From: Bacteroidetes bacterium GWF2_43_63 | Lineage (GTDB): Bacteria > Bacteroidota > Bacteroidia > Bacteroidales > DTU049 | Length of the DNA: 64,000 bases | Direction: 5' to 3' | Assembly (NCBI GenBank): GCA_001769275.1 | Contig: MEOQ01000029.1 | Coordinates: forward strand, 19,219-83,218 | Shown here: one piece after another, positions 62,471 to 64,000 of the stretch | How positions within the stretch are numbered: the first letter of the stretch is position 1 | How the letters are laid out: each line of letters begins with the position of its first letter | The notes under the pieces: generated by a model | The model's input: the letters and a program-made list of their open reading frames with translations, nothing else | The model's database searches: none | What the model was told of the DNA's origin: nothing | Made by a program: the position numbers and the translations under genes

Positions 62471-62522
62471 CCCTCGAAGGGTTCCAAACCCATCGAGGGC
62501 TTTGTTCCAACCCCTTCGATGG
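62471..62522. repeat. REP-like family B palindrome plus adjacent half unit
   Basis: ccctcgaagggttccaaacccatcgaggg followed by ctttgttccaaccccttcgatgg. Abuts the stop codon at 62524. Confidence 0.9.
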
Positions 62523-62523
62523 C

Positions 62524-63894
62524 TTAGTTTTCAAACCTGACAAGTTTGTATTTCTTCTGACGCATAAACGATTGAATGATTGAATGCGCGTCTTTGTCGA
62601 TGATGGCCGGTTTTTGAATATGCATGTAGCATTCTTCACAACAGCTCAGACTCGCGTCTTCAGGCAGAAATCCATATCCTTTATACGTGCCGTTTTCGAC
62701 AAGTACAAATGGTTTTTTATCGTTTACATACTGACCTTCTGAAAGCAGAAATGTTTCGTTCTTCATCTGAACATCGTCCAGTGCCTGATATGCGCGCTCG
62801 TTGTAGTCTTCAGGCGATTCTTTGCCTACACAGGCCCCTTTGCATTTTTTTATCTGATGATAAAAGCATGGACCTTCAGTGTCGTAGATTCCGCACAGTT
62901 TCTGACAAAGCTGATAGCGGTTTATAATGCGGTCGAGATATTGAAGAGCTTCGTCCTTTTCTGAAAAAGCGCGCAATGGAAAAGCTTTTTTCTGATTTTG
63001 TGTGGCGTCGATATAAAAGTTCAGATATCCATTGTTGTCTTCGCATTCGTAAAGTCCGAAGCGAGCCAGGGAGCGACGTCCGGCGCGATTGAATACCGGT
63101 TTGTTCATTTTTATTTCGTGAGATTCTTTCAGAAGGGCAATGAGTTCGCTGCCGGTTTCTTCGTATTCGACACGCGCCGTAAGTTCCTGCATGCGCAGGT
63201 CGCGCACGGCTTTTTTGTTATAAAAATGATCGAGCACACGGCGGTGCAGGTTGGTGCTTTTACCTATGTAAATCAGATCGTCTTTGTCGTTATAAAAATA
63301 GTATACTCCGGTAGTTTCCGGAATTTCCCTGAAGCGTGTGATCATAAGCGCCGGATGCAGCTTGAGCTGAGTCTGCAGCACTTTCGGGCTGTCAGGAATA
63401 CCAATTTCCTCGAGCATCAGAAACAAATCAACGGTAGCTCGTGCGTCGCCGGCAGCGCGATGTCGGTCGTGGAGCGGAATATTTAGCGATTCGCATAAAT
63501 TGCCCAGACTGTACGAAGCGTGGCCTGGAATCAACTTGCGGCTGTTAGCCAATGTGCAGAATTTATCACTTTTAAAAACATAACCCAGCCGGGCAAATTC
63601 GGTGACAATGAAATTGTAATCGAAGCTTACGTTGTGCGCAACGAAAATGGCATCTTTGGTGATTTCAACAATGCGGGCAGCGACTTCGTAAAACTTTGGC
63701 GCATCTTCAACCATCGCATCAGTAATACCTGTCAGTTGCGTAATAAAAGGCGGAATGGGCCTTTCGGGATTAATGAGCGAACTGAATTCGTCAATGATTT
63801 TGCCATCTTCCACTAAGAAAATGGCAATTTCAGTAATTTTACCTGCCCGGTTATTCCCCCCGGTTGTCTCTATGTCGCAGACAGCGTATTTCAT
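62524..63894 (-). CDS. DnaQ-like 3'-5' exonuclease fused to GIY-YIG nuclease domain
   Basis: ATG 63894 has a -7 box 6 nt upstream (the track start 63903 is TTG). ExoI-III motifs: AVCDIETTG, FVAHNVSFDYNF, HRAAGDARAT. GIY-YIG motifs: GVYYFYNDKDDLIYIGKSTNLHRRV. Confidence 0.88.
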   Translation of the reverse strand: MKYAVCDIETTGGNNRAGKITEIAIFLVEDGKIIDEFSSLINPERPIPPFITQLTGITDAMVEDAPKFYEVAARIVEITKDAIFVAHNVSFDYNFIVTEFARLGYVFKSDKFCTLANSRKLIPGHASYSLGNLCESLNIPLHDRHRAAGDARATVDLFLMLEEIGIPDSPKVLQTQLKLHPALMITRFREIPETTGVYYFYNDKDDLIYIGKSTNLHRRVLDHFYNKKAVRDLRMQELTARVEYEETGSELIALLKESHEIKMNKPVFNRAGRRSLARFGLYECEDNNGYLNFYIDATQNQKKAFPLRAFSEKDEALQYLDRIINRYQLCQKLCGIYDTEGPCFYHQIKKCKGACVGKESPEDYNERAYQALDDVQMKNETFLLSEGQYVNDKKPFVLVENGTYKGYGFLPEDASLSCCEECYMHIQKPAIIDKDAHSIIQSFMRQKKYKLVRFEN

Positions 63895-63900
63895 TGAGTG

Positions 63901-63908
63901 CAAAGGTA
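63901..63908 (-). promoter_or_regulatory. -7 box TACCTTTG upstream of the exonuclease-GIY-YIG gene
   Basis: CAAAGGTA on the plus strand, 6 nt upstream of ATG 63894. Confidence 0.45.
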
Positions 63909-63968
63909 GTGATTTGCCCGATTATTTTATTGATTTTTTGCAGCTGTTGAAAAACTGTAAAAATTCAC

Positions 63969-63976
63969 TATCTTTG
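63969..63976 (+). promoter_or_regulatory. -7 box TATCTTTG followed by an ATG at 63984 (probable start of a plus-strand gene running off the right edge)
   Basis: TATCTTTG, 7 nt, then ATGAATATTCTGACTCA to the window end. Gene identity cannot be determined. Confidence 0.35.
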
Positions 63977-64000
63977 TAAAGCTATGAATATTCTGACTCA

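Overview
The window looks like a chromosomal segment of a Bacteroidota genome. Evidence: four proteins end in type IX secretion (T9SS) C-terminal sorting domains, one carries SprB-type repeats, and TAnnTTTG -7 promoter boxes sit just upstream of many start codons. There are about 43 protein-coding genes and no rRNA, tRNA, CRISPR array, integrase or transposase.

Confident housekeeping calls: prmA (partial), tpiA, fabI, sufS-sufE-sufT, dnaE, trxA, ispH, an M16 peptidase, a flavin reductase, cstA, a PAS/HisKA_2 sensor kinase, a macro-domain protein and a DnaQ-like exonuclease fused to GIY-YIG.

Accessory content:
- a ~2,550-aa SprB-repeat adhesin
- a 1,774-aa TPR/PD40/coiled-coil protein ending in three SPOR domains
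- two C10 (SpeB-like) cysteine peptidases
- a seven-repeat propeller-like T9SS cargo protein
- an ORF6N DNA-binding protein
- an Mrr-type restriction enzyme

Almost every long intergenic gap is filled with short palindromic or tandem REP-like repeats, and several families recur across the window.

None of the candidates below is proven to be a system. Best candidates for something undescribed:
1. A low-GC islet (39.7-43.0 kb) with mrr plus a YD-repeat lipoprotein and a membrane protein. Two perfect 84-nt direct repeats, each carrying a promoter box, lie in it. A 1.2-kb ORF-free repeat mosaic bracketed by 46-nt inverted repeats follows.
2. A minus-strand five-gene string (53.6 to 48.4 kb): amidohydrolase, translationally coupled C10-CUB-T9SS peptidase, lipoprotein, OmpA-like protein, tubby/LOR-like protein.
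3. The giant SPOR protein.
4. A 609-aa uncharacterised protein with enoyl-reductase/NMO-like GGH and GGVG motifs.
5. A 31-nt perfect palindrome inside the ORF6N gene that is repeated upstream of it.
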